Part shown: piece after piece, positions 47,763 to 61,357 of the stretch
Numbering within the stretch: the stretch's first letter is position 1
Layout of the letters: the number at the start of each line of letters is the position of its first letter
Assembly: GCA_048213135.1 (NCBI GenBank)
Contig: PS015401.1
Span: 1 to 64,000 of the forward strand
Direction: 5' to 3'
Origin: Reclinomonas americana ATCC 50394
Taxonomy: Eukaryota
DNA: 64,000 bases
The notes under the pieces: generated by a model
The model's input: the letters and a program-made list of their open reading frames with translations, nothing else
Database searches by the model: none
Told to the model about the DNA's origin: nothing
Made by a program: the position numbers and the translations under genes

Positions 47763-50700
47763 TCGCGCACTGGCCAGCTACCTGCTCCAGTCAGTGGACA
47801 GCGTGACCGCGGGATCATCCTCAGCAGCAGTCGCACCGCCACACTCCCGATCGCAACGCTCGCCCTCGCCGCCTGCGCTGCTGGTCACCACCAACTCACA
47901 GACGAACCTCGCCCGAGCCTACAAGGCGTTTGGGCAGACCACGTCCAATGTCATGCCGCAAAAGTTTCGTAACACCCTTGCGATCGTCGTGATATCGGAC
48001 AGTCGCTGCGGGTTCGGAGACAGAGAGACCGAGAAGAAAGCATCCTCTGATCTGTGTGTTCCGACCTCTTTTGGGTCTTGCACTGACCGTGTATTCGTGT
48101 CACGCAGACGACAGCGTCCAGTGTCCGCAGTGACTGCTGCGGCACCTGCAGCTGGCACGGCGAATGGCCTCACCGACAGTCGAGTTCGTGGGGCTGGCGG
48201 TGCTGCGGCCTCGCGGTACCATCGTCCCGGCAGTGCGGTCACGTCGGCATCGTCGGCCAGTGGCAAACGATCGCCTGGTTGCGTCTTTCCCCTTTCCCCC
48301 CTCGTTCTCCTCACCGACGCCGTGTCTCACTTTTCACACCATTCGCAGCTCCGTCGATGCTCTTTCACGGATCGTCGCTCTCGGCGACCTCGTCGTCGTC
48401 ATCGTCGATGCCCGTCAGTCGTGCACGTGCGAAGCGAGCACGAGAAAAGGCCGAGCAACGCATCGCTAGTTATAGTGCGCGGGGTGCCGAGACTGCAACA
48501 GCAGCGGCAGCAGCAGCGGGTGCGGAGCAGGAGAACACGCAGCCAGAGGTAAGCCATGCCTCTTTGTCGTCCATGATCATGCTCGTTTTTCTTTGTGTTG
48601 GCTGACGCCGCACGCATGCAGTCGACCGCCGTCACCAAGGCAGCGAGTCCAGCGGCTGCTGTCGCTGCGGCCGCGCTGGACGAGGCATTGAAGATTGGAG
48701 GGACGAGCTCCGAATCCGAGTCGTCGTCCGACGATGAGTCCGACAGCGACAAGGGCAGTGAGAAGCGACGGACGTCGGTCACGCCGCCAGCGCGTGCGCC
48801 AAGTTTCACCGCCATGCGGCCGGCCGACATTGTTGTGGACACACCGACACCCGTGGCTGCACCGCCAGCAGCAGTGGCGGAGAAGGAACAACAGCAGCAG
48901 CAGCAGCAGGCCGCTGCAAGTGATAAGCGCCGCCGACCGGTACGCACACACTACTGCCTCTTTCATTATGCCCACCTGTGCATCTGATTGACTCTCTTTC
49001 TCTTTCCCGTGGCCAGCAGTCGCGACAGGAGCGTCATCGGTCGCTGAGTGTCGACTCGCTTGGCGTGCACTTTGCGGAGCCGACCGCCAACGGCAAGGCC
49101 AACAACGGCGCACAGTCGCCGAGTGAGACCACCACGGCCAGTGGATCGCAAAAGGGCACACAAAAGACAAACGAGCGCACCTTTGAGGATGTGACACTGG
49201 CCACTCGGCAACGCAGCGCCAGCGCCTCGTCCGTGCTTTCATCACCGACCGTAGGGCAAAAGGTCATTCCTGTGGTGAGTACGCGTGCACGTGCGCGCGC
49301 CCCGGCCGTGTCTGCGTTGCTCATTCTCGTACACAGCCGCAACATCGACCGAGCTCGCGAGGGAGCAGCACTGGAGGGGATCATTCGCGCCGTGCGAGCG
49401 TGCAACGAGACGACATTGAGCGCGAGTTTACCTTGCGCCTCGGTGCCGGCGGTGGCACCGGTGGTAACATTCCGTGGCTTGAGTCCTCACCCAGTGGCAC
49501 TGGCGAGGCGGGCGGTGTGCCCCGCCTGCATCGCATGACGCCATCTCCTGAACGTCGTGGTGCGTCGAGTTATTCTCGCCACTTGCACTCATCGCCGCCG
49601 CTCATTTCTTTCGCTTCTGCGAGAACAGGCCGGAGCCGCACGCGTGATGTGATTGAGCAGTCGAGTCATCCACGCACCGCCTCGCGGTCACACAGTCCGC
49701 TCGACTCACCCGGACAGCACTACTCCAGCCGCTTGGGTCGTCTGGTCAACAGTTTGTCGGTGTTCGATCCCGAGTTCATGGAGACGCCACTGGAGAAGAT
49801 TGTCAAGCGCCGCAAGCGTGTGGTGCAGCAACAGGCTCCTTCGCAGCAACAGCAGTTTTACACGGCCTCACACACACCGAAAGCCGCCAGCCGCACTGAT
49901 TTCGACACCGACAACAAGTCGTCTGTATCGTCGCAACCAGGCGATGGTGCGTGATTCTTGCCTGGTTGACAGCGCATGCATGAGGTACTCATTGCACCGT
50001 GTTGCAGAAACAACGCCCGATCTGCTCTCCACCTCACCCGCCCCTCGATCGCGCAACAAGTCGTACGGTGACTCGGGATTCACATACGCGTCGTCCATTT
50101 TGTCGCCGCCCTCCAGCGTTGCGTTCTCCGCAGTCAGTCTCTCTCTCTCCTCCTGTCTGTTGACAGTTTCCTGTGATATCGATTGCAGCAAACAACGCAG
50201 CGAGGGCCAGCCGCGGGACGTCCCCAAGTGGTTTATGAGGAGACCACGGACTGGACGCAGACCAAGAAGGCCGACGTGCTGGGCGTCTTTGAGGCTTTCT
50301 GCAATCAGCCGCTCGAATTCATGGCCGAGTGTGGCATCTACATTCCCCACACGTGCCTGTTTTCTCAGGGACAGGTCGGTTTCTTTCTTTGTTTCGAAGC
50401 TCATTCCGTCGTCAGTGTCTCATCCGGCTGGTAGATTGTTGTGTGGTACCACATGGAGGGCAAGATGATCAACCGTGTGCTCGGATCCACCGTCAATCGG
50501 CGCGACATTTACCAGGCGTTTGTGCCGAAAGATCTGGCCTCGGACGACGAGATTGTTGCTGTGCTCTTGCACCAAAAGGAGACCGACGGCGCCGAAGGAC
50601 AGGCACACTCGACGTACCTCACCGCCGCCCAACTCGGTGCGTCTTTCCGTGTGTCACGTGATTGCTGTATGTTTGTGTCTGTGCGATATTGACCGTGTAC

Positions 50701-51757
50701 GCACAGAGTCGCTGCTGAAGACCGGCTGGAGCATCACTGGTCTCTTGCAAAAGTTTATCCGCGGCAAATCCGGCCGAGCTGGTGCGTGCTGCAGCGATGC
50801 TGATGCTGTTCCCCCGTGCTTCACTCCTCACCTTTGATACCGATGCACCGCAGCCGTCATTCGATGTGTGGCCGTCAACGGAGAGATGCGCAGCGTCAGT
50901 CGTCGCATCAACTTGCACTCGTTGTACGACACGCGCATCGATCCGACAGAGCGAGCGGTGCGTCTCCATGAGCCAGGACCCACTTCGTCTTCTTCTTCTC
51001 CATCTCTCTGTCCGCTCATTTGTGTTGCACCAGTGCACTTTTGATGGTCCCGACCGCCTGTCCGTGGAGAGCGACGTGAATCAGCCGATTGTGCTGCGCA
51101 TCCTCGAGCGTGCCTGCCGCAATCTCTCCACTCGCCTGGCCTACGATGGTGCGCGTGTGGTTCGCCTGGTGGCCTATTTCAAGACAACGCAGAGCCGAGT
51201 GTGGTTCATGTGGCCGGAAACGATCAGCATGACGTACTCGCTAGGAGTGAGTGGATCTGCCTCTCTGCCGCTCTGCCCTCTTTTGTTTTGCTGATCATAG
51301 TGCCTTCTGATAGGTCTCGCTGAAGCGTCCGGTGCTTGCGCCCTCCATCATGATGCAAAAGGTGCTCACACACAAGGACCCGTTCCTTGATGGCGATGGT
51401 CGAGAGCGTCGGTTTGTGTTTCGAATTCGGTGAACTCTCTTGCATGCTGGACTGCTGACGACTGTGGCATACGCAGCGGTTTCGTGGCATCACCGCCGAA
51501 GATGGAGACGTCACCGACAAGGGCCAGCCGCAAGGAACTGCGACTCGATCGCAGTTTCAAATGCGCTGTGTGCGACTGCGTCGCTGGTTTGTGCACGCCA
51601 CTCGCACATCCTTCCCCGAGATTACTAATTTGGACGTGCGTGCATAACAGACATTCGGAACAGTTACGAGGTCAGCTACAAGACCATCATTGTGTACGAT
51701 TACCTGAAGCGACACCGGACGCTGCCGCGACTCCGACACAACATGCCACCGAAGGAT
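47763..51757 (+). CDS. Large uncharacterised protein, 5' and central part (Ser/Ala-rich N-terminus plus globular domain); start uncertain
   Basis: Many in-phase exons; globular part IYIPHT, GLLQKFIRGK, NLHSLYDTRI, CTFDGP, LVAYFK...VWFMW, YEVSYKTII. Confidence 0.65.
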
Positions 51758-51959
51758 GTTGCGTTCTGTTCTCTCGCCTGCCGACCTTCTGCTGATNNNN
51801 NNNNNNNNNNNNNNNNNNNNNNNNNNNNNNNNNNNNNNNNNNNNNNNNNNNNNNNNNNNNNNNTGCTCGGGATCTTTACAGAGAAGGAAGAGGTGTATGT
51901 GTGTGAGTGCATGCACGTTCAATGGCACCACGTGCAGTGCCAACAACAACAACACAAAC

Positions 51960-53048
51960 CTCGAGTTAGGAGTCGCACTGGAGGCGCGAGGTTTCGGCTC
52001 CTCCACCGCCACTGGAACCGCTGGTGGTTGTCTCTTCTTGAACAGACTGGAGGGGCTGTCGGCGCCCTTGATGAAGTCGATAAAGACGTCGGATGCCACG
52101 TACTTGAGGTTGCTGTGTTGCGAGATGGTGAGCGCTTCGAACACCAACAACACATGCATACATATGCTCGACTCACCTGTCGTTGTACTCAAGACAACAC
52201 GAGATGCACACGGGCACCGTCTTGCGCAAAAAGTCGTTCTGTCCACGCAGACGGTAGTATTCTTGTGGGAACTCGGCCAGATCCTTTTCTGCCTTCAGAA
52301 TGAGAGCAGGTGGTGGTGTGCGGTCGCGTGGATCCGTCGACCGGACGCGTCGTACTGGAGTTCGACTGCTGGCGGCTCGTGACGACGTGCGAGACGAGTG
52401 CTGAGCAGACTGTGTCGACGACGCATGATGCTGGTCCGGTAGGTGTGGTACGTGCATCTTCAAGTTGCCCGAGTGACTCGATCGTGCCGAGGATGCCCCA
52501 GATGCCTCGGAGGACTAATGTGTGTGTGAGAGAGAGAGAGAGAAGGGAGGGTGAGTACGATTCTACGCAGTCGAATGCAGTACAGAGGTCGCAACATCGG
52601 CGGTGTTGCGCTTGCCCGGTGTGAGGAAACCAGAAGCATCAGCGCCACTGGGAACTGCCAGCTCTCGCTCCTCCTGCTGCAGCGCGGCGGTCTCGTCGGC
52701 CACGCGGCGTCGACGCTCTTCCAGCATGGCGGCCGTGCGTTGTGCGCGTGGGGAGAACGGCTTGGACGTCAGGCTGAGGTGCATGAGGGTGAGGTCCTTG
52801 CCGGCCACGGGATCGGCAGAGGCCTCTGATCGCGCGCTGCTTGAAATGTGCGGCAGCGTGTCGGCGACGGCGGTGCTGCTCTTGGCATTGGCTGTCGACG
52901 GTCTCCGTATGGAAGCTGCACTCTGCCGCCGAGAGCCATTCACCGAGCGATTGGCGTCGCCCTCGACTGAACTGCTGGACAGGTTCGGATCGGCGGCAGC
53001 GTCGGTGGCCGCCTTCCATTCCGACAACCGGTGATCATGCGCTCGACT
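51960..53048 (-). CDS. Continuation of the 47.7-kb gene on an inverted contig
   Basis: Acceptor before SRAHDHR matches the phase-0 donor at 51758; contains EYYRLRGQNDFLRKTVPVCISCCLEY. Confidence 0.6.
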
Positions 53049-53553
53049 CTGTGCGACCATCAACACAACGTGAGTGAGCGGCNNNNNNNNNNNNNNNNNN
53101 NNNNNNNNNNNNNNNNNNNNNNNNNNNNNNNNNNNNNNNNNNNNNNNNNNNNNNNNNNNNNNNNNNNNNNNNNNNNNNNNNNNNNNNNNNNNNNNNNNNN
53201 NNNNNNNNNNNNNNNNNNNNNNNNNNNNNNNNNNNNNNNNNNNNNNNNNNNNNNNNNNNNNNNNNNNNNNNNNNNNNNNNNNNNNNNNNNNNNNNNNNNN
53301 NNNNNNNNNNNNNNNNNNNNNNNNNNNNNNNNNNNNNNNNNNNNNNNNNNNNNNNNNNNNNNNNNNNNNNNNNNNNNNNNNNNNNNNNNNNNNNNNNNNN
53401 NNNNNNNNNNNNNNNNNNNNNNNNNNNNNNNNNNNNNNNNNNNNNNNNNNNNNNNNNNNNNNNNNNNNNNNNNNNNNNNNNNNNNNNNNNNNNNNNNNNN
53501 NNNNNNNNNNNNNNNNNNNNNNNNNNNNNNNNNNNNNNNNNNNNNNNNNNNNN

Positions 53554-54212
53554 TGCTCGGGATCTTTGCGGAGAAGGAAGAGGTGTATGTGTGTGAGTGC
53601 ATGCACGTTCAACGGCACCACGTGCAGTGCCACACAACAACAACACAAACCTCGAGTTAGGAGTCGCACTGGAGGCGCGAGGTTTCGGCTCCTCCACCGC
53701 CACTGGAACCGCTGGTGGCTGTCTCTTCTTGAACAGACTGGAGGGGCTGTCGGCGCCCTTGATGAAGTCGATAAAGACGTCGGATGCCACGTACTTGAGG
53801 TTGCTGTGTTGCGAGATGGTGAGCGCTTCGAACACCAACAACACAAGCGTACATATGCTCGACTCACCTGTCGTTGTACTCAAGACAACACGAGATGCAC
53901 ACGGGCACCGTCTTGCGCAAAAAGTCGTTCTGCCCACGCAAACGGTAGTATTCTTGTGGGAACTCGGCCAGATCCTTTTCTGCCTTTAGAATGAGAGCAG
54001 GTGGTGGTGTGCGGTCGCGTGGATCCGTCGACCGGCCGCGTCGTACTGGAGTTCGACTGCTGGCGGCTCGTGACGACGTGCGAGACGAGTGCTGAGCAGA
54101 CTGCGTCGACGACGCATGATGCTGGTCCGGTAGGTGTGGTACGTGCATCTTCAAGTTGCCCGAGTGACTCGATCGTGCCGAGGATGCCCCAGATGCCTCG
54201 GAGGACTAATGT
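53554..54212. repeat. Near-identical second copy of 51864-52522
   Basis: Same start at a gap edge; only scattered substitutions and a small indel. Confidence 0.9.
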
Positions 54213-55289
54213 NNNNNNNNNNNNNNNNNNNNNNNNNNNNNNNNNNNNNNNNNNNNNNNNNNNNNNNNNNNNNNNNNNNNNNNNNNNNNNNNNNNNNNNN
54301 NNNNNNNNNNNNNNNNNNNNNNNNNNNNNNNNNNNNNNNNNNNNNNNNNNNNNNNNNNNNNNNNNNNNNNNNNNNNNNNNNNNNNNNNNNNNNNNNNNNN
54401 NNNNNNNNNNNNNNNNNNNNNNNNNNNNNNNNNNNNNNNNNNNNNNNNNNNNNNNNNNNNNNNNNNNNNNNNNNNNNNNNNNNNNNNNNNNNNNNNNNNN
54501 NNNNNNNNNNNNNNNNNNNNNNNNNNNNNNNNNNNNNNNNNNNNNNNNNNNNNNNNNNNNNNNNNNNNNNNNNNNNNNNNNNNNNNNNNNNNNNNNNNNN
54601 NNNNNNNNNNNNNNNNNNNNNNNNNNNNNNNNNNNNNNNNNNNNNNNNNNNNNNNNNNNNNNNNNNNNNNNNNNNNNNNNNNNNNNNNNNNNNNNNNNNN
54701 NNNNNNNNNNNNNNNNNNNNNNNNNNNNNNNNNNNNNNNNNNNNNNNNNNNNCCACCAGCACGTGCTCAGTCGGCGAAACCCGCACGACGCGTGCAGTTG
54801 GATACCACAGCCTCCAGCTCGTTCTTCTTGACACAGATGAACACGTGAACAGTGGGGAAACGGGGGAGAACGGAGAGTGAATATGTGTTTTGCAGTGTTT
54901 CACTTTTTCTGCTTCTTCAGCGGCGGTCCAGTGTCCGCAGCTCCAGCACTGTTTTCACATGCACGAGCACCACACGTCAACGGTTGATGGAAACACAACA
55001 GAGATCACGACACGCAAGGCACGCAACGCTGGTCTCTTGCCACCGCCACCGAGCGCAAACGAAATCTTGGCCTTGCTACTGGAAACCGCACCTCCGGCAG
55101 CAGAGGCAGTAACAGCAGCAGCAGGAGGCTTGGGTGCGCCACCACTGTCGGCCACTCTCCGCTCATCGGGACCGGTGGCACCACTGATGGCGGCCGCTGC
55201 GGCCGCAGCAGCAGTAGCAGCCGCGGTGGATGCACCAAGTGACGACACCGCCGACGACGGCATGTACNNNNNNNNNNNNNNNNNNNNGA

Positions 55290-57812
55290 TGAACCCGAGC
55301 CACCCAACACATCATGCTCCCAGTGTACGACAGCGGCGTCCACCGACGCCGTCATGGGATTGATGAGCGGGAGCATGAGACCGCCTTGGCCGGCGGGGAC
55401 ACTTGCACGCAGCAGACGGAGTTTCTCCGTCATTTCCTTCTTCAGCGCCTCGTACAGCTTGCTGGCCTGCACACGCATGATCGTGAGACACGTAAGGGGA
55501 AGTAGCGAGAGGCACTTATTTTTTGGCCTGCACCTTTTCCGTACGTCCACTGGTGACAGCCATCCAGTAATGCCGCAACAACTCGGAGCACATGCGAAAC
55601 ACCTTGTGCACAGTCTTCATGAACTTACGATCGGCCTCGTCGGTGGACTCTGCCGCAGCGGCTGCACGCTTGCCGAGACCAGCCAGTGCCTGCTCCTCTT
55701 GCGACTGTCGGTACAGCGCCGACAGCGACGACGCGCAACTTGCGGTGTGCAGCAGATTCGTGCGCAGCATCTGCGTGCGCTCGGCAGTGGAGCGCAGATG
55801 CACGCCCAGTCGCGTGCATGCCGCCAGGCAAGCCTGTCATCCGAATACACTAGTTGAGCAACACGCATGCACTCTGTCAAGAAATAAAGCGCGTACCTGT
55901 CGCGTCTGGAACCGCTTGGCTCGACTCTGTGCCAGCATGGGCGCAATGGTCGCCGAGTTGGAGACCACGGCCGAAGCAGACTTTTTTGGTGTCTGTGACG
56001 ACGATCCAGAGGCAGTGGTCGTTGTGGTCGTTGTCGACGATGATGCAGAGTCGTACGCACTGGAGCCACTGCCTTCGAAATACATGGAGGGGTTCTCGAT
56101 GTTGAGCACTTGGAAGCGTGCCGAGTCGTCGTGACGCACCAGGTCGTCGATCACCGGCGCCAGTTTGCTTCTGTGACCCAAGCGAAGAATTGAATGAGCA
56201 CCACACATCCTTCCTACTCGCGCGCACACACACACGACGACTCAACTGTTCCGGGTGCTTCTCCTCCTGATGGGCACTGTTGATGACCAGCGATGACGAA
56301 TGATTGTAGAGCGCAAACAACTCGGTAGTGAACTCGTCGGACGCTGCGGCCGAGCTGGCCGATGTGGCTTGCGAGCCGATTCCCATCATCTGCTCCTTGT
56401 TGAACTCGCCGCGAAGACCATATCCCTGCGAGAAGCAGAAAAGTGAGCTTGTATGTGTGGGTGTGCATCTTGAGTTGAAAGCAATCGCACCGGTCCAAGT
56501 GACTCCTCGCGCAGAATGTCAACACCCGGGCGCACCTCGCCCGGTTTGGCCTCCAGATGACGATCTGATGATCCACACACACACACATGTGAGTGTGCAG
56601 TCGTCGACGACAGACAGCAGACGCAAAACGCGTGGATGCCCAACGCAACGGTGCTTATCGGCTGTCGATTGCACGTGCGTGCCGCCGGCTTCGGAACGAG
56701 CACGCTTCGACAGTCGATCGAAATCCTCCACACTCAAGTTGTCGGGCAGGAACCAGAAAAAGTCGACCTTGAGGGCCGACTGCCAGAACTGTTGCTCGCT
56801 CATCTGCGCATGCATTCACACACGGTGGGGTGGGTGGGTGGCAGGACGATGAATATCAGGCGACCGACAATGACACACACCACCAGCGGTACTTTCTGCT
56901 CATAGTCCTTCTTCAACTGCGGCTTGCGGGCGAAAATGTGCTGAATGACCGCCGGGCTGATGGACAGGCGCTTCTGGATGATGGTGTTGGGCGTGCCCAC
57001 ACGAGCCGAGGTCACCACACCGTCGGGTCCCACAGTGACCGAGGACCCGGCGGTCGTTCTGGTGGTCGTGGTCGTTGTCGCTGCAGCCGACGACTGCCCC
57101 GATGACGACGACTGTGGCGCGACACCGCGCGCCTGATCGTGACTCTCCTGCGCCTCCACCATGCGCCAAAACTCGTCCTCAGTCATGGCCTGCGACGACA
57201 CCAGTTGCTCATGCATCTCCCGCAGCGACCGATCCGAAGCCAGACGATACGCTCGCACTCCCACAATGTCTTTCTTCTCCTTCTCCTTGTCAGCACTCGC
57301 AGCAGCAGACGACGACGGCGCTGTCGCTGCAGCCAAGGCCGGTGTCGGAGGATGCCGCTTCCGTCCGAGTCGAATGCTCTCCTTTAGTCGCTCCCGGTCG
57401 GCCAGCGTCAGAAACGCAATCACAAACGAAGGTCCGGCATTCAGCGTCATCTTCATGCGAAGATCCGAGTCCTTTTTCGCCACCGAGTGCGCTGCGCACA
57501 TGTCAAAAACAGAGAACAGAGTGAGACAAGTCAAACCTGCAATGGAATTCTCCAATGAGCGCGCACGCAACTGTTCAAATCCGCAAACAACACACGCGTG
57601 GAGTGCCCCGCCGGCGACAGCTTGTTCCCCATGGTGGCTGCAATGCGTGCAGCGGCGGCGCCCATGGCGCCCATGTCGTTCACCTCCACCTGCTCTCCAT
57701 TCGCGTGCACCAAGGCCGACTGCCGCACAAACGTCACATCGGCGTCTCGCACGACCAGCGCACCCTCGACCCCGTCACGCGTGCACGGCGCCGTGTCGAG
57801 AGCCTCGCTCAT
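55290..57812 (-). CDS. GTF2H1: General transcription factor IIH subunit 1 (p62/Tfb1); stop probably in or near gap 55268-55287
   Basis: N-terminal PH-like region; BSD domains LASDRSLREMHEQLVSSQAMTEDEFW and IFARKPQLKKDYEQKVP..MSEQQFW; C-terminal ELLRHYW. Confidence 0.85.
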
Positions 57813-57884
57813 CAAAGTGTGATTGATTGGATTCAATGTGCCAATCAGTCCGTCGACGCGGCGCTTCACACACAGCTCATCAGC
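57813..57884. promoter_or_regulatory. Putative 72-nt bidirectional promoter with inverted CCAAT boxes
   Basis: TGATTGG (57824-57830) and CCAATCA (57841-57847) between divergent ATGs. Confidence 0.5.
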
Positions 57885-60800
57885 ATGTCTGCGCCGGCGC
57901 CAGCGGGCTCCGTGGTGGCATCGGCGACTGCGGATGCGGGCGAGCGAGAGGGCGCGTCACCGGTGGCAGAGATGGCCGAGTTGAGCGTGACCGACACCTC
58001 GGTGGAGTCGGAGGAGGCAGGCGATGTGCTGAGTGGAGGCGGCGCAGCGTCGGCATCCGCTGCGTCGGTGCTGAGTCCGCTGGCGGCTGTGGTGGCTCCG
58101 CAGGTGCGTTTCCCGAACATGGCAAACAGGCAGAGCGTGAAAGACGAGCAGCGTGCTCCTTTTGTGTGCGAGTGAGTGGCGTGTCTCTGTGTGTCACATT
58201 CGTGGCGTGAGATCAAGTGCATGCATGCATGTGTGTGTATCTCACGTTGCTGGGGTCGTTGTGTTTTTTTGTTTGTGTGTCATGGGCATGTCCGTGTTGC
58301 GCTCTGTCTCCTGTGTGCTCTCTCTCTCTCTGTCGTCCTCGCTCCCTCTCTTGCTGTGTTCATGAGCATGCGGTTGCGATGTGGCCGTCTGTCGATAGAG
58401 GGGGCTATTTTCCGACGACGTATCCACGAATCTTCCTGATTGCCACAGCTGCCCGACGGTACTCGGATCTATCTGACGTCGTTTGCACATCCGGTGGTGA
58501 AGCGATCGCGTGGTGGTCCCGGCAGGGCGTCGGCCGCTGCTTCTGCTGCTGCTGCCGCAACTGCTGCTGCCCCTGCATCGTCATCATCACATGGAGCAGC
58601 AGACGAGGGATCATCTGCACCAGCATCGTCGTCGGGGGAGGGGGAGTTGCCGGTGAATGCACCATGCGACTGCACATTCAACATCATCAAGAAGAACATG
58701 ATGTCGGATGGGAGCGCGGTGGTGTACGTGCCGTCGCCGAACCGCGTGTCGACGTTTGGGTGGAGTCTGTCGCGCGACTCGTCGTTGCGATCTCGGCACA
58801 TTATTCAGTGGCTGTTTGAGAACCAGCATGTGGCGCGCCTGAAGGATCGGTGTCTGCGTGACCTGCTGGCACACATCAGCGCACGAGTCGGGAGCAAGAC
58901 GGTCTTCAACTTTGGCTTCTGCTGCAGCAACGGAGGGCAGCGCTCGGTGGCGTTCGCCGAGCGCATCAGGGCGGATCTGGAGGCACTCTTTGTGGGTCAG
59001 AATGTGCGTCTGCCTGTCGAACGTGCGTGTATGTGTGCAAGTCGTAGTGACAGTGCCGGCGCAACCAAACAGGTGCATGTGGTGTCGCGTCATCGTGATG
59101 TGTTCGAATACGAAAGACGGCAGAATGAGTCGTCGGGGAGCACACGCCCACGCGGCAAGTACATTTGGCAGTACGCGGAGCCAGTGGAGTACGAGGTGGG
59201 TATGGAGACAGCGGCGGCCGCGGCGGCGTCGACACAGTCATACACGCCGACCAACAGGGGCTCCAGCTCCACACCAACTTCAGCAGCAGCTGCATCAGCC
59301 GTGACCTCTCCCACGTCAGCATTGTCTCCCACCTCGACATCTAGTAGCCACTACAATCCACACTTGCCGGATCCATCATGGAGCCACCCGGCGTCTCCGC
59401 ACTGCCCGATATGGCACGACATGTCGGCCGCGGACTCGGCTGCGTTGGAGCGCGCCTTTGAGCAGAATCCGATTAACAGGAGTGCCACAGTCCAGCTGTC
59501 GNNNNNNNNNNNNNNNNNNNNNNNNNNNNNNNNNNNNNNNNNNNNNNNNNNNNNNNNNNNNNNNNNNNNNNNNNNNNNNNNNNNNNNNNNNNNNNNNNNN
59601 NNNNNNNNNNNNNNNNNNNNNNNNNNNNNNNNNNNNNNNNNNNNNNNNNNNNNNNNNNNNNNNNNNNNNNNNNNNNNNNNNNNNNNNNNNNNNNNNNNNN
59701 NNNNNNNNNNNNNNNNNNNNNNNNNNNNNNNNNNNNNNNNNNNNNNNNNNNNNNNNNNNGAGACGCACCTTGTAGGCACTGAAACTGCTCCAGCAGTGCG
59801 CCGTGTGCATCAGCTGTCCCAGCAACACGCGACATATTGTGCCATGTCGCGAGTCGTCAAACGCGTACAGCATCACGCCCGCGCTCTCAAACGAGTGTGC
59901 GATATCCGACGACGCAAAGACACCGCGCTCCACGTGCAGCACCGCTCGCCGTGTCGGATCAAATCGGAACAGTGGACGCACCACCAGCACCGCTTCGCCA
60001 CCCGTCTCCAATGTGACGTAACCCGTCGTGAAATCCACTCTACACATCTGTGTTGCCGTGTGCACAGGTGAGAATGCATCGCCACCAACACACATGCGCA
60101 CACACATTGCACTGCAGCCACGCGGACCTTTTCTTCGCCACTTGCTTGNNNNNNNNNNNNNNNNNNNNNNNNNNNNNNNNNNNNNNNNNNNNNNNNNNNN
60201 NNNNNNNNNNNNNNNNNNNNNNNNNNNNNNNNNNNNNNNNNNNNNNNNNNNNNNNNNNNNNNNNNNNNNNNNNNNNNNNNNNNNNNNNNNNNNNNNNNNN
60301 NNNNNNNNNNNNNNNNNNNNNNNNNNNNNNNNNNNNNNNNNNNNNNNNNNNNNNNNNNNNNNNNNNNNNNNNNNNNNNNNNNNNNNNNNNNNNNNNNNNN
60401 NNNNNNNNNNNNNNNNNNNNNNNNGTTGTGGTGAGACTTTTCTCTGCAGGCATGCTGCTCACCTCGTGGAGCAGCACGCGTCGGAGTCGCCACCGGCCAC
60501 GGCACTGAGAGCATACTACGAACAGTCGCTGGGAGTGCTGATGTACGACATGCCACGCATGCTCAAGGCCTACGACGCAAATGGCGTGTACCGGGTCTAC
60601 GACATTACGAACAGCTCTGTGTTGTACTTTGTACGAGTACCTTATGTGCCGGAGGTGGTGGATGCTTACCAATCGAGCGTCACTTACTATCGGTACGCGT
60701 GTCTCTCTCGCCAACCTGCGCGGTAATCCACATGGTCGCTGATATCCTCGCGTCGCAGACAACACGGTTACCGAACGGACATTGCCAAGCTCACGTGGTA

Positions 60801-61156
60801 CAAGTTGTCGCAGATCCGACGCAGCTTGCGTGAGGTACACCCCGATGTTTTATGCGTGCGTGTGTGGTTGGGGATGACGGTGCGCTGACTCTTGTGTGCT
60901 GCAGGCCATGGCGGTCGGCGAATTGCACGGCGTGTGTGTGGGCTGTGAACGCTCGCATCGCGAGCATGCGTTGCTCGGTCGGCCACTGGCGGAGGTGCTG
61001 GCCGTGGCAGAGGTTTGTCGGGGAGACTTCGTTCCCTTGCTTATATCGGCAACTCACTGATTGTTGGTGATGACGTAGGAGGGTGGCATTCTGCAAGCAC
61101 TCGAGGTTTCAATTGGGTCTCACGGGCAGCTGCAGGGCAGTGTGGAGTACACATAG
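57885..61156 (+). CDS. Protein with RapZ C-terminal-like domain and WWE-like domain (segment 59760-60148 inverted)
   Basis: IYLTSFAH...CDCTFNI...VPSP...FGFCCSNGGQRSVAFAERI...RHRDV; YIWQY...WHDMSAADSAALERAF...VQLS then CRVDF on flipped contig. Confidence 0.65.
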
Positions 61157-61357
61157 CGCGCGTGTGTGGAGGCTAGTGCTTACTTTTTTGGGGGGTATAG
61201 ATTTATGTGTATCGAGTGGAATTTGTTGTTGGTGTGTGTGTGTGTGTGTGTGTGAGGAGGTTGAAGCGAAGAAGAATAAGTGTGGAGTGATGGCGGTTGT
61301 CACTCTTTCGTCTTCCGTCCTTTTTTTAAAAAATTGAAAGCGTTGTTTGTTGGGCAA

